A DNA stretch of 64,000 bases from positions 32,001-96,000 of the IMG/VR virus record IMGVR_UViG_3300025096_000004; one strand, given 5' to 3'. The notes below the pieces were generated by a model. That model did no database searches. It was not told the DNA's origin and was given only the letters and a program-made list of their open reading frames with translations. Source of the stretch: a virus. Position numbers and translations under genes: made by a program. This document shows, one piece after another, positions 36,029-46,302 of this stretch; within the stretch, counting starts at the first letter, position 1; every line of letters begins with the position of its first letter.

Positions 36029-37690
36029 ATGGGCGTTGAATATTATACAAATAATTTAGATGCTCTTGCTGATGATCATTCTTTAAGGGATATGCGTCGT
36101 CAACTTCTTTCTGATGCTTTGGATCAAAATGAGTTTAACACAAAAAAAAGAAGAAATGAATATATTGGTACTGTTCTTTCGAACGAGCAAGAGGCGGATT
36201 TCCCACAGGCCTCCGCCGGAGGCCAATCTATTGCTGTAAAGGTAAGGCTCGATGAAGCTCAAGAAGAATATTTGCCAGATTTTTGTGCTGACACTTGGAC
36301 TGAAAAGCAAAAATTTATTCTCTTGTCTTGTCATGGATCCGCCGTTAGTCATACTCCGCTCGTCGATGATAACGGCGAAAGAGTTCCTAAATTTGGGGAT
36401 CGATTGAGTCTTTTTTTCTCTGAGGAGTCTCCTGATTTCTATGGGAGAATGAGGGATTTAAGATATAGATACCCAACTAGCGAGGGGGAGATGTGGAAAA
36501 AGAAGTGCCCTCCAGCAAAACCATTTCTATTAGCTGAGATTGTCGGAGACAAGATTCAAATCAATGAAGAAATATTTTTTGCTTTTGACAAATGGGATAT
36601 AAAAGAAGTCAGCTTTAAAGTTTTATCCGCTGTTGCAAAAATCCTTAAAGCCAATCCAAGAATAAAAATCAAACTTGATGGACACACTGATAGTCGTGGC
36701 AGCAATAAATATAACATGGCTCTTTCCAAAAAGAGAGTGGCTTCTGTTTTTAAGCACTTAACAGAAGTAAACGGAGTGTCGGCATCTCAAATACCAAAGC
36801 GACAGGGCCATGGCGAAACAAAGCCATGGAGCAAGTTGTGTGACCAATATGGGGATCACCTCAAGAGAAACCCACCTAACACACCTAGAGGAAAAAAAGA
36901 ATGGACCTATTGTCACGCCAAAAACCGTCGGGTTGAATTTAATATTATTGAAGGATTGGAATCCGGCGCTGCTAGTTATGGCTCCGCCACCGCAACTACC
37001 GAACCCACCAAAACCGCCGCCGAATCCACCTCTGAAGCAGACACCTCTTCTGAAAAAAGACGAAAACATGAGGAAAAGGCCAAAGAGGGTCAAGAAGATC
37101 CATCTAAACCAGAAGAAGTCCGCGACGATCCTTCCCAATCCGAAGCATACATAGAAAAATCAGCAGAAACAAATTCAGAAAATTGGCAAAAGTGGTATGA
37201 ACATAAACTATCATCAGAAACAGATCCTGTCATGAGATCGACTCTAGAAGAATATATTCAAAATGAAAAGAATTATAGAAGAGATCGCCCTTATGGCGAA
37301 GACCCCATAAACATTTATCCGCCCCGCTGGCGCGGAGGAAATTCTTTAGAAGAGTGGCATAGACCTGCACCTCAAACAGATTTCGAGACAGGCCACAACA
37401 CTCCCTCTTCCGGTGATGCCTATGCTTGGGTGCCGTCAGTGGACATGACCATCGAGGCCGCCAAGGGATATATGGAACATCAACAGAGCAAGATGCAAGA
37501 TTTGTTTAACGAGTATGAACTACAACACAAAAAAGAAGGATATGACGCAGTCAATGAGTTTCTTCCTGATCCATGCGCCCCCGGGCTTTCTGAACAAGAA
37601 CGTCAACGAATTTTGTCAATGTACCCACTAGACCACCCACTCAGGACGGGAGAGAGGGATTGCTATGGCATCCCTGCTGATGCGGGCTGA
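36029..37690 (+). CDS. Baseplate-associated protein: shared N-terminal domain plus OmpA-like peptidoglycan-binding domain
   Basis: IFFAFDKWDI, LDGHTDSRGSNKYNMALSKKRVASV, GHGE, KNRRVEF. Confidence 0.85.
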   Translation: MGVEYYTNNLDALADDHSLRDMRRQLLSDALDQNEFNTKKRRNEYIGTVLSNEQEADFPQASAGGQSIAVKVRLDEAQEEYLPDFCADTWTEKQKFILLSCHGSAVSHTPLVDDNGERVPKFGDRLSLFFSEESPDFYGRMRDLRYRYPTSEGEMWKKKCPPAKPFLLAEIVGDKIQINEEIFFAFDKWDIKEVSFKVLSAVAKILKANPRIKIKLDGHTDSRGSNKYNMALSKKRVASVFKHLTEVNGVSASQIPKRQGHGETKPWSKLCDQYGDHLKRNPPNTPRGKKEWTYCHAKNRRVEFNIIEGLESGAASYGSATATTEPTKTAAESTSEADTSSEKRRKHEEKAKEGQEDPSKPEEVRDDPSQSEAYIEKSAETNSENWQKWYEHKLSSETDPVMRSTLEEYIQNEKNYRRDRPYGEDPINIYPPRWRGGNSLEEWHRPAPQTDFETGHNTPSSGDAYAWVPSVDMTIEAAKGYMEHQQSKMQDLFNEYELQHKKEGYDAVNEFLPDPCAPGLSEQERQRILSMYPLDHPLRTGERDCYGIPADAG

Positions 37691-37716
37691 TAATACAGAA
37701 ATAAATCAACAAATAA

Positions 37717-37724
37717 ACTAATTA
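37717..37724 (+). promoter_or_regulatory. ACTAATTA putative late-promoter motif
   Basis: Intergenic, upstream of the GGAG SD and ATG 37742. Confidence 0.55.
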
Positions 37725-37741
37725 TACTTTTTGGAGCGAGT

Positions 37742-38713
37742 ATGCCAACAGATAAGAAAAAACATGTAAATCAATTGTGCTTAAAGCCAAATAACCCCTT
37801 GACCTTTTGGAAAAAATTGGGCTATCCCCCCGGTCAATTTTGTACTGCATTAGATGAATATTTTCCAAAACTTGAAAGGGCGGGCTGTGAAGTGATTTAT
37901 AGTGGCAAAAATAATAGCGATATTGTCCTTGGGCGAGATCGAGATGCCTCTCTTGCGTCTGGATACGGCGGGTCTGGTGGAACTCAATGTGGAATGATTG
38001 ATATTGTTGTCGGCCGCTTGGCATGTCAACCAGTTCAAAAATGTGAGGTTATTACTGGTCCGAATTTTTGTGATGACGGTGCTCGTATTTATTTAACCCA
38101 ACGAGGAGATATAGATAAATATTTTGGTCTCCCCAAGGGAAAGGTTAGTGGGAAAACGGATAATAGTGCAGCCATTGGCATTAAGTCTGATCATACTAGA
38201 ATAATTGGCAGAGAGACAGTTAAAATATATGCTGGCCAAGGAGATTTTCAAGGCTTGGGTATGAATGGTGAACGAAATTCCAAGGGTGGCAGTATTGACC
38301 GTCGTGGGGTTATTGAATTGATAGCTGGATATCGAGATCCTAAATACATCCATCCCGCAGTCTTGGGAACTAACTTAGTAGAGTGTCTAAAGGGGCTTTA
38401 TAGATTAATAGCTCAAACTTTTTCTGCGCTTCATCACACTCACCTTATTCAATCGAAGATGTATGTTGCACTGTCCGGACATTCACACCAAGGCACCGGC
38501 ATCGGTGCTATTACTACTTTTCCAGACCCAATGTTGACTTACAAATCATTCAAGTCTTTTGCAAAAGCCGCCGCTTCCGGGTTTGATGACATGTTGTCGA
38601 TTATGAACACAGCTAGAGACGAGATGGAATATTGCGGCGTGGGTGATCCTAAGACAGGAGATCTCATTCCCGGATGGAAAAATATAACGAGTACAAAAGT
38701 CTTTTTAACATGA
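37742..38713 (+). CDS. Putative baseplate spike/gp5 C-terminal-like protein
   Basis: Short beta-strand repeats (NNSDIVLGRDR, GARIYLTQ, AIGIKSDHTRIIGRETVKI); position in the baseplate module. Confidence 0.5.
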   Translation: MPTDKKKHVNQLCLKPNNPLTFWKKLGYPPGQFCTALDEYFPKLERAGCEVIYSGKNNSDIVLGRDRDASLASGYGGSGGTQCGMIDIVVGRLACQPVQKCEVITGPNFCDDGARIYLTQRGDIDKYFGLPKGKVSGKTDNSAAIGIKSDHTRIIGRETVKIYAGQGDFQGLGMNGERNSKGGSIDRRGVIELIAGYRDPKYIHPAVLGTNLVECLKGLYRLIAQTFSALHHTHLIQSKMYVALSGHSHQGTGIGAITTFPDPMLTYKSFKSFAKAAASGFDDMLSIMNTARDEMEYCGVGDPKTGDLIPGWKNITSTKVFLT

Positions 38714-38720
38714 GGTAAAT

Positions 38721-41700
38721 ATGGCAGAAAAAACAATAAGGGATTTCCAGACAGATGTTTGTGAACCCCTAAAACCCCCTACACCAGAAAGAGCCTGTCC
38801 AGAGTGTATACCCAACCCAGATGCAATTCTTGAGGATTGGACGCTTTCTGATGGAGAGCCGTTTTTTAACGAACGAACGTGTGAATATCAAGTTGCAGTT
38901 ATGATTAACCAAGATGGTGATTATTATCGTGCGAAAGAACTCCGCGAAGCTGATGAGAAGGGCATAGATTTTGAAATGGTTTTACAGTCCTTTGTCCTTC
39001 CCGGGTTGCGAATAATGCTTAGATATTATGATAAAGACGAATCCGATAAATTTGTGTGTGCCTTCCCGCCAGAATTCGAACACCAATATGAAAAGTCCGG
39101 TGGTGAGTCCGCCACCGAAGTTGTCACTGCTATGGGAGTTGGTTTTTTATGGGGCGGTATACCGGGAGCCATCATTGCTGGTGGGCTTGAGGTCGCCTCC
39201 GAAGTTGCAGAATGGGTTATGGATGAGAAGACCACGGAAGACAGAGCCGCCGAGGGACAGAGCGGCACAGGAGATTCAGACAAATATGGATATGACCGCG
39301 TTGCTGAGGACTACGAACGGACCCAAAATGAGATTGTGGAGGATTATAAAAATATGGTCGAAATGAGAGAAAATAATATCTCAAAGCAATCTCTTCGCTG
39401 TCGATCAATTTATAAACAAATGGTTGACGGAACACTGCCAAAGCATTTTCACAGCCAAGTCACAAAGAAGATAGAACTAACAACTGGTTTGCCAGATGGA
39501 AGTACTTTTGAAATAGTCATCCCAAACCCAAGTGGTCTTTTGGCATACCAAGAATCCAATAATGAAATTAAAAACCCTGATGCTTTGGAATTGTACGCCA
39601 GAGCAATAGATTTTGACTATGGACAAACCCCGGGCGAACCAATGATGGTTTTGGTATCAATTCCTTCCTATATAATGGACAAGGTTCCTCCCCATCCAAC
39701 TCCTGAAATAACCGATTTTTCCGGTCCACAAGAGGTCGTGCTCGATGGCCCACGAATATATGCCATGACAAGTCGATTGTCTGAAGCTTTAAGAGTTTAT
39801 GGCAATTATCAGGCGTATTGGTGGCAAACAGAGCGAGCTACCCTGTATCAGAAAATGATGCTACCAGATGGCACATTTGTTTCTCAAACCACCGGCGGCG
39901 CGGGAGCAGCCTTCTCAGAATCTTCTTTAATTAGTGAGATGGTCGGAGGCAGCGTAGAGGTGGAAACCCCAACAGATTATGAATTAGTTGGTGATCCACA
40001 AGTATTTTATATTATTCAATACCAACAAGCAATTGTCGATTTTTATATGGCTTTACAGGAATTATTGGAAAAAAATGATTTTCGTTTAACCGCATGGCCC
40101 AATTTTCTAGGAGATCGAGCAGAAGAGGTTAAAATAGTATTTGAACAAGTTGAGCCCCCAGACACAACCAAGTCCACCGACCCATCGACACCCGCCCCCT
40201 CTGGACATTTTAAAATAAAATCAGTTTGGGCAAAATATGATTTATGTGGTTGGCACAAAATGAAACAAATGGGGGGATTCTTAAACCACCCCTCGGTGAG
40301 GAACGAAACAATAATGGGGTATGTTTCCAGATTACCAGAAATAGATACCGCTTTGACTGCAAAGTCGACACCCCCGTGGTTAGATTTTATTGTTCAATAC
40401 ACATATCCTCCTTTGGATGTCAGATATCATTCTGATGCTGGTTCCCAAGGAAAACCTGCTGTCGGTGGCTGTTTTCCACTGGGCGAAGGGGGCGCGGAAG
40501 CCTTTAGAGATTGGGTTTTTAACTCAGTAATGTCCCTTGGAGAAGCTGTTGCATATCAATTTAACAAATCTTCTTGTAAGTTGCTGACAGATCCTACATA
40601 CCGCCCAACAGAAAAAAAATGGGCCGACTGGCGCAAAGGACAACGAGAAGAACACATAAAAAGAATAAACGAACACTATGCTCGAGAAGAGGCCACCATT
40701 ATGGCCGCAGGTCAAAGAATTAGAGAAAAGGAGTATAAAGATCCTCTCACAAAATCCGCAGACTACCAAGCCCAGCAACAAGCCCTTCAGTCTAGCAGGG
40801 ACAATAGAAAGGAGGCCCTTAATCATCCTTACAGGTCCGCCGCCATTGATGCCGCTTTACAAGAGTTTGATATGGATAGTTCCCTGATTGGTCTTTTTAT
40901 AGATCAAGCTGAACTTCGTAAACTCGGCCTTGGCACATCAATTTGGAAAGGCTTTAAGGGAACACTTGGGGGTAAAGACCCCGGAGTTAGTAAATTTGAA
41001 ATGTTCAAGACTAGAATAGATAAGTGTGGTTTTTCAGCGATGCTGTTCAAAACAATCCAGTGCTTAATGGGCGGCGTCACCGCCGCCGCCGCTTACGACG
41101 CCGCAGCGAAAGCCTTACTTAAATCTTTAGAGAAGGCCAATTGGGAGATTTTATTTGTTGGTATACCTTATCACAAACAGATTGAAATAAAGGACAGAGT
41201 TAACAAAGAAATGGGTAATTTGCCTCCCCCTTGGGAGTGGGTTCCCGGAAAGAATGAAATTCCTGATGATAAAATGAAAGTTGTTGAGCATGCCGACAAT
41301 GTTAAGTCTTATGAGCAACAAATCATGATAAATGACGAAAAATTGCAATCGCTGGACACCGAGTGGTTCGGTATTAATGATTCCATAGATCAGACCATGG
41401 CAAAACAGAGCCTCGCCCAGAACGATGATGAAAGACAGACATGGTTTGATATGCAAAAAGAACTAGAAAAAAAGCAATCTGACGTCGATGACCGGATGGA
41501 GGACATAAAGCGCCAAAACAAAAAATTGAAAGCAAAGACTGGAGCTTTCTGGAAATCTGATGATAAGGCCTATAGTGATTTTAAGGCTTTGTCTGACGAC
41601 GACAAAGAAAGAATCAGAAAGGAAACAGCAGCTTATCAAAAATCTCTCGGTTCAGACCCACAGAGTCGATATACTCAAGGCTCTGTCGGCGGAGGTTTGG

Positions 41701-44700
41701 GAAAAGCACAACAAGCAGCTTTTGACATCTATATTGATGCGATTATCGAAGTTTGGGGCGGCGAGCATGTTTTAAACTTTTGCGAAAGGTTTCCCGGAGC
41801 TAAGTTTATAGTTGATGCGATTAGGAGATGGGATTGTCCATATCCAAATCTTTTTAATCCACCAGCCGGCTCCTTTATGGAATCATTTAGTTTGGATATT
41901 TGTTCTGGAGATGCAAGTGGCAAATTGTCGATGCCTCATTTAATGTCTTTTGGTAACCTTACTTGGACAAATATTATTAAGATTTTGTGGCAAGCGATAT
42001 TGAAACAAGTAACTGCATCTCTTTTTAAGGTCTTGGTTACAATGATAGTAAAGGTATTGCAGATTCTGGAATCTGCCCTTTGCAAAGCTATAGAGCTTGC
42101 GGGCCGCTTGGCTGTGAACCTCATTACTCCCGGCGATCAAGGTGGGTTCATGGGGGCAATTTCGGATGTTTTTTGCGGCGACCAAGGGACTGCTGATGAT
42201 GAGCAGGTTACCGCTTCAAATCTTTTTTCTGCTTTGGGAATTAATCCCTCTGATATTCAAGGAATGAATCAAGAAGATCTCATGGATTCCCACATGAAAG
42301 TCGCTCAAACGCTGTCATCTGTTAGTACAAGAAATGAGATAAAAGAATTATTTATTTCAGATTCGCGTGATCATGACCAAAACGTTCTTAGAAGAATATC
42401 AAAAGCAGTATCGTTAGTCAATCCAGAATATGCTTCTATTTTTTCTGACCCCAATAATATTTCACAGCTTTTCGCAGCCGCGAAGAATTATTTAACACCA
42501 ACTCAGCTTATGGCCCTCCGAGAGGAATTGGATGCACCAGAGGATGATGTTCCTGTTGACGATAGTATTTGTTTGACCAAAGCCCAACTTGACAAGTGGA
42601 ATGAAGATAGAGAAGCTATATTTTCCGAGCTTCCCGGTGATTTGGCCAAAGAGTGGGTAGATAAACAAAACGATAAGGCAAAAACCGATCTAATTGAGGT
42701 TTGCTCGTTGGCCGCGAGAGGGGTTGACGGACCCATGCGCGATGAGCTTGATAAATTACTTAACTTTGAAACCGCCATGGGAGATCCGGCATGTAAAAAA
42801 AATACATCTGCCATCAGTTTTCGGACTCCCGAGACCGACGCTGCTGATGAAGAAGCTGCAAGTGGCATCTTTCGATCTTTGACAAAAGAATTTCAAAAAG
42901 ATATGATTGGCGGCGGCTGGATTTGGAACAAGTATGGGGTGGTTGATCATATGCTTGCGGATAGGAGAGGAACCCCTCTTAGAAAACATGAAAATAGAGT
43001 TAGATCGAGCTTTTTATGGCCCAGTTGGGCGAATACTCAAGAGGATTATGAAGCGAAAAAAGATGATTTAGCTGAATTTCTTGGCATTCCTGAAGATTTT
43101 ATAGATTGGATTTTGCCAGAAGATGCTTCGGGGATCTTCCCCGATACAGTTGGGATCTTGTTGCAAGATGAGTTATTTAAAAATGATTTCCATTCTGATC
43201 CAAAGTTTTCATATGGTTCCGGTACAAGCATCGCCCCACAGACCGGCTTAAAAGAGCGGTGGTTTGGAATTGATTATAGTTTTACCTATTCAAAGCCAAT
43301 TATGAAAGATGCAGATATGATTTGGACATATAAGGACAATTTGACTCCCCTTGAGACAGACAAGTCAGAGTATGGTTTTGCAATGCATTATCGTTCTTTT
43401 ATTATTAATGGTTTGAATACAAGCGAAACACCAATGGTATCAACCAAGTTTGATTATGAAATTAGTCTAGATTCTCACCTATATTACAATGAATCCATCG
43501 ATCCCGAAACCGGTGTTGCATCTCCAATGCCTGAGAGTGTCGTCAGTATAGAGAAATTTAGAATGAAGGTACAAAATGATATTGATCACCCTCGTCAAGA
43601 AATCATAGATTCATTGGAAATTCAATCATCGGACCTTGCTTCTATGAAATATACCTATGAAAGCCTTTTATGGTGGAAATATTGTGAAAGCAGGTGGTCT
43701 GAATTTGGCGTTTCTTTATCAAAATTTAACCTTGCGGAAACATCTTGGAAAAATATTTCTGGAAAAATGTTTGAAGATGTTGCCAACATGATGATGAATC
43801 CAAATGGAGATATTGCCAGTGGGTTTAAATATGGATATACCTCCGATTCATCGATTGGCTTTAAAGATCTCTTATATGTTAACCCCGGAGCAGACCCCGA
43901 TGATGAGAGTACGTGGGAATATACATACGATGAAGAAGAAAAAGTTTTGGGCAAATCAGCCACTAATAACCCTAGGGTCCACTTTCTTGACCCCGATATT
44001 CACGGCGGTTGGTATTCGTGGCCCAAAGTTTATGTGGATAGGTTTGAATATTCTGGCCTTTTAAGTGTGATTCAAATAATGGTTCCAGATATTGATGGTT
44101 GTCCACCCAAGACGACTGATTTTTTAGATTGGAAATATTTGTCTAATCGCCAAGTAGAAGTCAAGCAAAAAATGATTCCTGACAAGCGTTTGACAAAGGA
44201 TGAAGAGTGTGTGAAAAAAATCCCATTTGATCTTATTCAAACAAATGATATTCATGGTTATATCGAGGCATCGGTCCTTGCAACAGTTCGAACTTATGTT
44301 TCTGAATTCATATTGAGGTCCTTGCCTGTAATATCTGCTTTGGAATTTAATGATAGAAACTATGATGATGCTCTTGCGCAAATGATAGTGCAAAATATGG
44401 AAACAGAGTTGCCGGATCAGGGCTCGTGGCTTGACTGGACTTGGATTAAGCGATATGATTATTGGCTACACTTTTTAGAACAAGCATATCAAATAGTAGA
44501 ACGCAGAATCGATCTGAAAGAGTTACACCCCACTGAAGAAATGAACGAGGTTATTGATGCTATAAAAAAGATTCAAAGAAGTTATGTTCATGTTAACAAT
44601 GACGTAATGGAGAATCTTGAGAAGAACATCCACGCCGAATCTTTGCCACATCTTAGGGACAAGTACCCTGACGAAGATGATGAATATTTTAGGGGCCGGA

Positions 44701-46229
44701 GGGTTTTGTTCCTGAACGATGACCCACGACCCAAGGATGCAGATTATCAAATAATGAAGGGAGCGTCTATCATTTATTTTGGTCGAACCGCTGATCAAAT
44801 AACGCGATTTAGAAGACAAGGTAAAGCCAAATGGTATGATGGTATGGAGACTAGGTTCTCTAATAACTTTTTTACTATAGTTCATGCTCGACGATGTGCA
44901 AAATTATATTCTTTACATCGAGGCCGCAAGCATTGTAAAAAAATGTTAAAACATCTTGTAAAAGAAGAATTGCAAAACTATGCTGAAAAGATCTATAATA
45001 CTCTAAAGCCTGCTGCAACCATAACAAGTTTATCAAAATATTACATTGGAGCCAGTAATTCAATAATTAACGGTGGTTTGCGAACTGGAATCGCAGCCAC
45101 TGAAACTCCACATCCAGCAACTCTGGAATCAACTGGGGAAGTAATTGAAACCTATATTGAGTCTATCGGTGATTGTGTCGACGTTAGTTCTGATATAAGC
45201 CTATATAATCCTTTAGATGCTGAAGGTCTTGTTGTTCCTGATCTCGATGCCGGACAATTTGTAGTTGAGAAGTATGTGAGAATAATCGACAAGCCAGAAA
45301 ATGAAAGCGAAAATGTACCAGATTTTATAAAAAATAGACCAGATAATTTGAGGGGTGTTGTTAGTATAAAGGAATTCAGAAAATTTGTTAATGAGAATAT
45401 GATTAACAATCCACTATTTGACCAAGAAGCCTACAATTTGTCCGATTTGTTTGGCGATGCAGAGCTTTTAAGAAATTTGCAGGAAAAACCCACCGGCCTC
45501 ATTGGCTCTGTCGGGTTTAGATTTGGAGTTCGATTGAGTTTAGTTCCTCCTAATGGATTTACTGTCCCTGAACCAGACTCCGATATGCTAAAAATTGCCC
45601 AACGAGAAAAGGCCTTTTATTTAAAGAAATCTTCGCAAGGGGGTATGAATACGAGACATATTTTCCCGCTTGCAGTATTTGAAAAGGATATTTTGGATGA
45701 TAAAATATCAAAAATTGATTGGGAACATGAAGCTTTTGGAGAAGATTTTCGATGCTATATTGACAATTTAGTTGAAACTCCACAGTTTAGATTGGTTTTT
45801 GATAATATATTTCCACTTCGCCGGGCTTCTTCTATGGTTGCGATATACACCAATTTTGGTTGGCTTCCATCTATAGGAAAGTCCGACAAAGAACGAGATA
45901 CGGCATGGGGCGACCGACCAATACTTCTGGGAGGCTTGGCTGACCCCGATTCACAAGAGATTTGGGGTGAGGGCCTATTTGAAGGCACTAAAATATCCTG
46001 CTATAGGATGTTCCATGGTTTCTATGAATCGGATAGTTGGGATTGGGGATGGGACTGGAATTATGATTTTAACTTTTCAATTTGGTTTAAAGACATGATG
46101 CCAAAGATATTTATGAATATTGATCCTACAACCCGTTGGTGGCAACGATGGAGGATTGAGAGAGACCGTCCCTTTGATAAAGATGGCGAACAATGTGATC
46201 ATCTTTTGTCAAATTTATTTGTTTGGTGA
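38721..46229 (+). CDS. 2502-aa giant putative virion (baseplate hub/tail) protein
   Basis: Uninterrupted 7.5-kb ORF between the spike-like and gp25-like genes; Cys-rich N-terminus, coiled-coil inserts. Confidence 0.75.
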   Translation: MAEKTIRDFQTDVCEPLKPPTPERACPECIPNPDAILEDWTLSDGEPFFNERTCEYQVAVMINQDGDYYRAKELREADEKGIDFEMVLQSFVLPGLRIMLRYYDKDESDKFVCAFPPEFEHQYEKSGGESATEVVTAMGVGFLWGGIPGAIIAGGLEVASEVAEWVMDEKTTEDRAAEGQSGTGDSDKYGYDRVAEDYERTQNEIVEDYKNMVEMRENNISKQSLRCRSIYKQMVDGTLPKHFHSQVTKKIELTTGLPDGSTFEIVIPNPSGLLAYQESNNEIKNPDALELYARAIDFDYGQTPGEPMMVLVSIPSYIMDKVPPHPTPEITDFSGPQEVVLDGPRIYAMTSRLSEALRVYGNYQAYWWQTERATLYQKMMLPDGTFVSQTTGGAGAAFSESSLISEMVGGSVEVETPTDYELVGDPQVFYIIQYQQAIVDFYMALQELLEKNDFRLTAWPNFLGDRAEEVKIVFEQVEPPDTTKSTDPSTPAPSGHFKIKSVWAKYDLCGWHKMKQMGGFLNHPSVRNETIMGYVSRLPEIDTALTAKSTPPWLDFIVQYTYPPLDVRYHSDAGSQGKPAVGGCFPLGEGGAEAFRDWVFNSVMSLGEAVAYQFNKSSCKLLTDPTYRPTEKKWADWRKGQREEHIKRINEHYAREEATIMAAGQRIREKEYKDPLTKSADYQAQQQALQSSRDNRKEALNHPYRSAAIDAALQEFDMDSSLIGLFIDQAELRKLGLGTSIWKGFKGTLGGKDPGVSKFEMFKTRIDKCGFSAMLFKTIQCLMGGVTAAAAYDAAAKALLKSLEKANWEILFVGIPYHKQIEIKDRVNKEMGNLPPPWEWVPGKNEIPDDKMKVVEHADNVKSYEQQIMINDEKLQSLDTEWFGINDSIDQTMAKQSLAQNDDERQTWFDMQKELEKKQSDVDDRMEDIKRQNKKLKAKTGAFWKSDDKAYSDFKALSDDDKERIRKETAAYQKSLGSDPQSRYTQGSVGGGLGKAQQAAFDIYIDAIIEVWGGEHVLNFCERFPGAKFIVDAIRRWDCPYPNLFNPPAGSFMESFSLDICSGDASGKLSMPHLMSFGNLTWTNIIKILWQAILKQVTASLFKVLVTMIVKVLQILESALCKAIELAGRLAVNLITPGDQGGFMGAISDVFCGDQGTADDEQVTASNLFSALGINPSDIQGMNQEDLMDSHMKVAQTLSSVSTRNEIKELFISDSRDHDQNVLRRISKAVSLVNPEYASIFSDPNNISQLFAAAKNYLTPTQLMALREELDAPEDDVPVDDSICLTKAQLDKWNEDREAIFSELPGDLAKEWVDKQNDKAKTDLIEVCSLAARGVDGPMRDELDKLLNFETAMGDPACKKNTSAISFRTPETDAADEEAASGIFRSLTKEFQKDMIGGGWIWNKYGVVDHMLADRRGTPLRKHENRVRSSFLWPSWANTQEDYEAKKDDLAEFLGIPEDFIDWILPEDASGIFPDTVGILLQDELFKNDFHSDPKFSYGSGTSIAPQTGLKERWFGIDYSFTYSKPIMKDADMIWTYKDNLTPLETDKSEYGFAMHYRSFIINGLNTSETPMVSTKFDYEISLDSHLYYNESIDPETGVASPMPESVVSIEKFRMKVQNDIDHPRQEIIDSLEIQSSDLASMKYTYESLLWWKYCESRWSEFGVSLSKFNLAETSWKNISGKMFEDVANMMMNPNGDIASGFKYGYTSDSSIGFKDLLYVNPGADPDDESTWEYTYDEEEKVLGKSATNNPRVHFLDPDIHGGWYSWPKVYVDRFEYSGLLSVIQIMVPDIDGCPPKTTDFLDWKYLSNRQVEVKQKMIPDKRLTKDEECVKKIPFDLIQTNDIHGYIEASVLATVRTYVSEFILRSLPVISALEFNDRNYDDALAQMIVQNMETELPDQGSWLDWTWIKRYDYWLHFLEQAYQIVERRIDLKELHPTEEMNEVIDAIKKIQRSYVHVNNDVMENLEKNIHAESLPHLRDKYPDEDDEYFRGRRVLFLNDDPRPKDADYQIMKGASIIYFGRTADQITRFRRQGKAKWYDGMETRFSNNFFTIVHARRCAKLYSLHRGRKHCKKMLKHLVKEELQNYAEKIYNTLKPAATITSLSKYYIGASNSIINGGLRTGIAATETPHPATLESTGEVIETYIESIGDCVDVSSDISLYNPLDAEGLVVPDLDAGQFVVEKYVRIIDKPENESENVPDFIKNRPDNLRGVVSIKEFRKFVNENMINNPLFDQEAYNLSDLFGDAELLRNLQEKPTGLIGSVGFRFGVRLSLVPPNGFTVPEPDSDMLKIAQREKAFYLKKSSQGGMNTRHIFPLAVFEKDILDDKISKIDWEHEAFGEDFRCYIDNLVETPQFRLVFDNIFPLRRASSMVAIYTNFGWLPSIGKSDKERDTAWGDRPILLGGLADPDSQEIWGEGLFEGTKISCYRMFHGFYESDSWDWGWDWNYDFNFSIWFKDMMPKIFMNIDPTTRWWQRWRIERDRPFDKDGEQCDHLLSNLFVW

Positions 46230-46256
46230 TTCTGTATATTAAGTTTTGATAGCTGA

Positions 46257-46264
46257 ACTATTTA
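46257..46264 (+). promoter_or_regulatory. ACTATTTA putative late-promoter motif
   Basis: Intergenic, upstream of the gp25-like gene. Confidence 0.55.
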
Positions 46265-46302
46265 TTAATCCACGGGCCTTGTTTTTGATAGAGGAATAAA
46301 AT

